From Octopus vulgaris (Eukaryota), in contig OX597831.1 in the NCBI GenBank assembly GCA_951406725.2, positions 65,844,001 to 65,908,000 on the forward strand: 64,000 bases of DNA. Direction: 5' to 3'. The first letter of the stretch is position 1. Every line of letters starts with the position of its first letter. A program made the position numbers and the translations under genes. The notes under the pieces are model-generated. The model had not been told where the DNA came from, searched no databases, and was given only the letters and a program-made list of their open reading frames with translations. Positions 63,300 to 64,000 of the stretch are shown here, one piece after another.

Positions 63300-64000
63300 A
63301 CGATGGTCGTTTAGCAGATGATGCAATTGCTATTGCAATCTTGCCTTCATTTTGGACAAAGAACAGACTGACCCTGTAGAGAAAAGTTTTACCTGACCTA
63401 CCCAACTTGTCAATAAACAAAGTTTTAGTGGTGAGAATCGTGTGACTGTTAAGTATCTACTTTTGAATTGTGAATTGCCTCTTTAATCTTCTAGAATGCT
63501 GCTTGTTGACTGCAATTTAAGTTTTTGAAATTTTCATTAAAGAAACTTTTTGTTCAATCTATGGAAATTTTCTAAGATCTTGTAGAATGAATGGGTTGCC
63601 TGCACTGATGTTGAAAGTATTCATGTTTGGTGTACTCACGAGGAGAGGAATTGTTTGATGTTCAGCCATATTCTCTTAAAATAAGTTCCATTTTTTTTTT
63701 GTAATGTAAGTAGTTTTATGTTATCATTGCTATCTTCTACTTCTAAAGCAGTCTCTTAATCTTCTGAAAGTTGTCTTTCAAATGCTGTAAATAATCTGTC
63801 AGAGTAGAAAAATCTTTGCAGTTGACATGGAGTTGCTAAAACATTTGCAAGCTCCATAGTTAGATGGTATTCACAGTAATCGTGTGCTAAATCCAATTTC
63901 AATAAAGTCTCTTCCTAACTAATGAAAACAACACCATTAACAGCTCTCATACTTTCAAATGAGGTAGTTCCAGAAATATGATGCAATAAAGCTCTCAGAA
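63300..64000 (-). mobile_element. Helitron RepHel (Pif1 helicase motif I region) fossil
   Basis: FIDKLGRSGKTFLY...GKIAIAIASS resembles FIDGPGGTGKTFLY...GKIALAVASS. Confidence 0.7.

Overview
AT-rich, repeat-dominated eukaryotic (metazoan) genomic DNA, not prokaryotic: no operons, rRNA or CRISPR, and one 100-N scaffold gap at 17229-17328. The SINE families and dense (TA)n/(CA)n microsatellites look like those I recall from octopus/coleoid cephalopods (inference). Contents: (1) four phase-1 exons on the minus strand (19369-19416, 17021-17113, 8550-8648, 4433-4476) that splice into the C-terminal ~94 aa of an unidentified host protein; (2) a near-complete RTE LINE (APE+RT+PHD-like finger, only two in-frame stops) plus fragments of other RTE, CR1/L2-type and R4/Dong-type LINEs; (3) about 20 tRNA-derived SINEs in at least four families; (4) fossils of mariner, Tc1, pogo, hAT, Gypsy, Helitron and Penelope-like elements (PLEs), and Merlin-like and piggyBac-like MITEs. 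Most notable: (a) many short, often fold-back elements, mostly (TA)n-embedded, carrying minimal type-I hammerhead-ribozyme motifs whose 3-8 core pair covaries (C-G, U-A, G-C), next to GIY-YIG PLE fossils; (b) a SINE copy with a strong strand-specific A>G cluster suggesting fossilised ADAR hyper-editing; (c) a tail-less, TSD-flanked inverted insertion of an internal LINE segment. All alignments were done by eye; boundaries may be off by a few bases.
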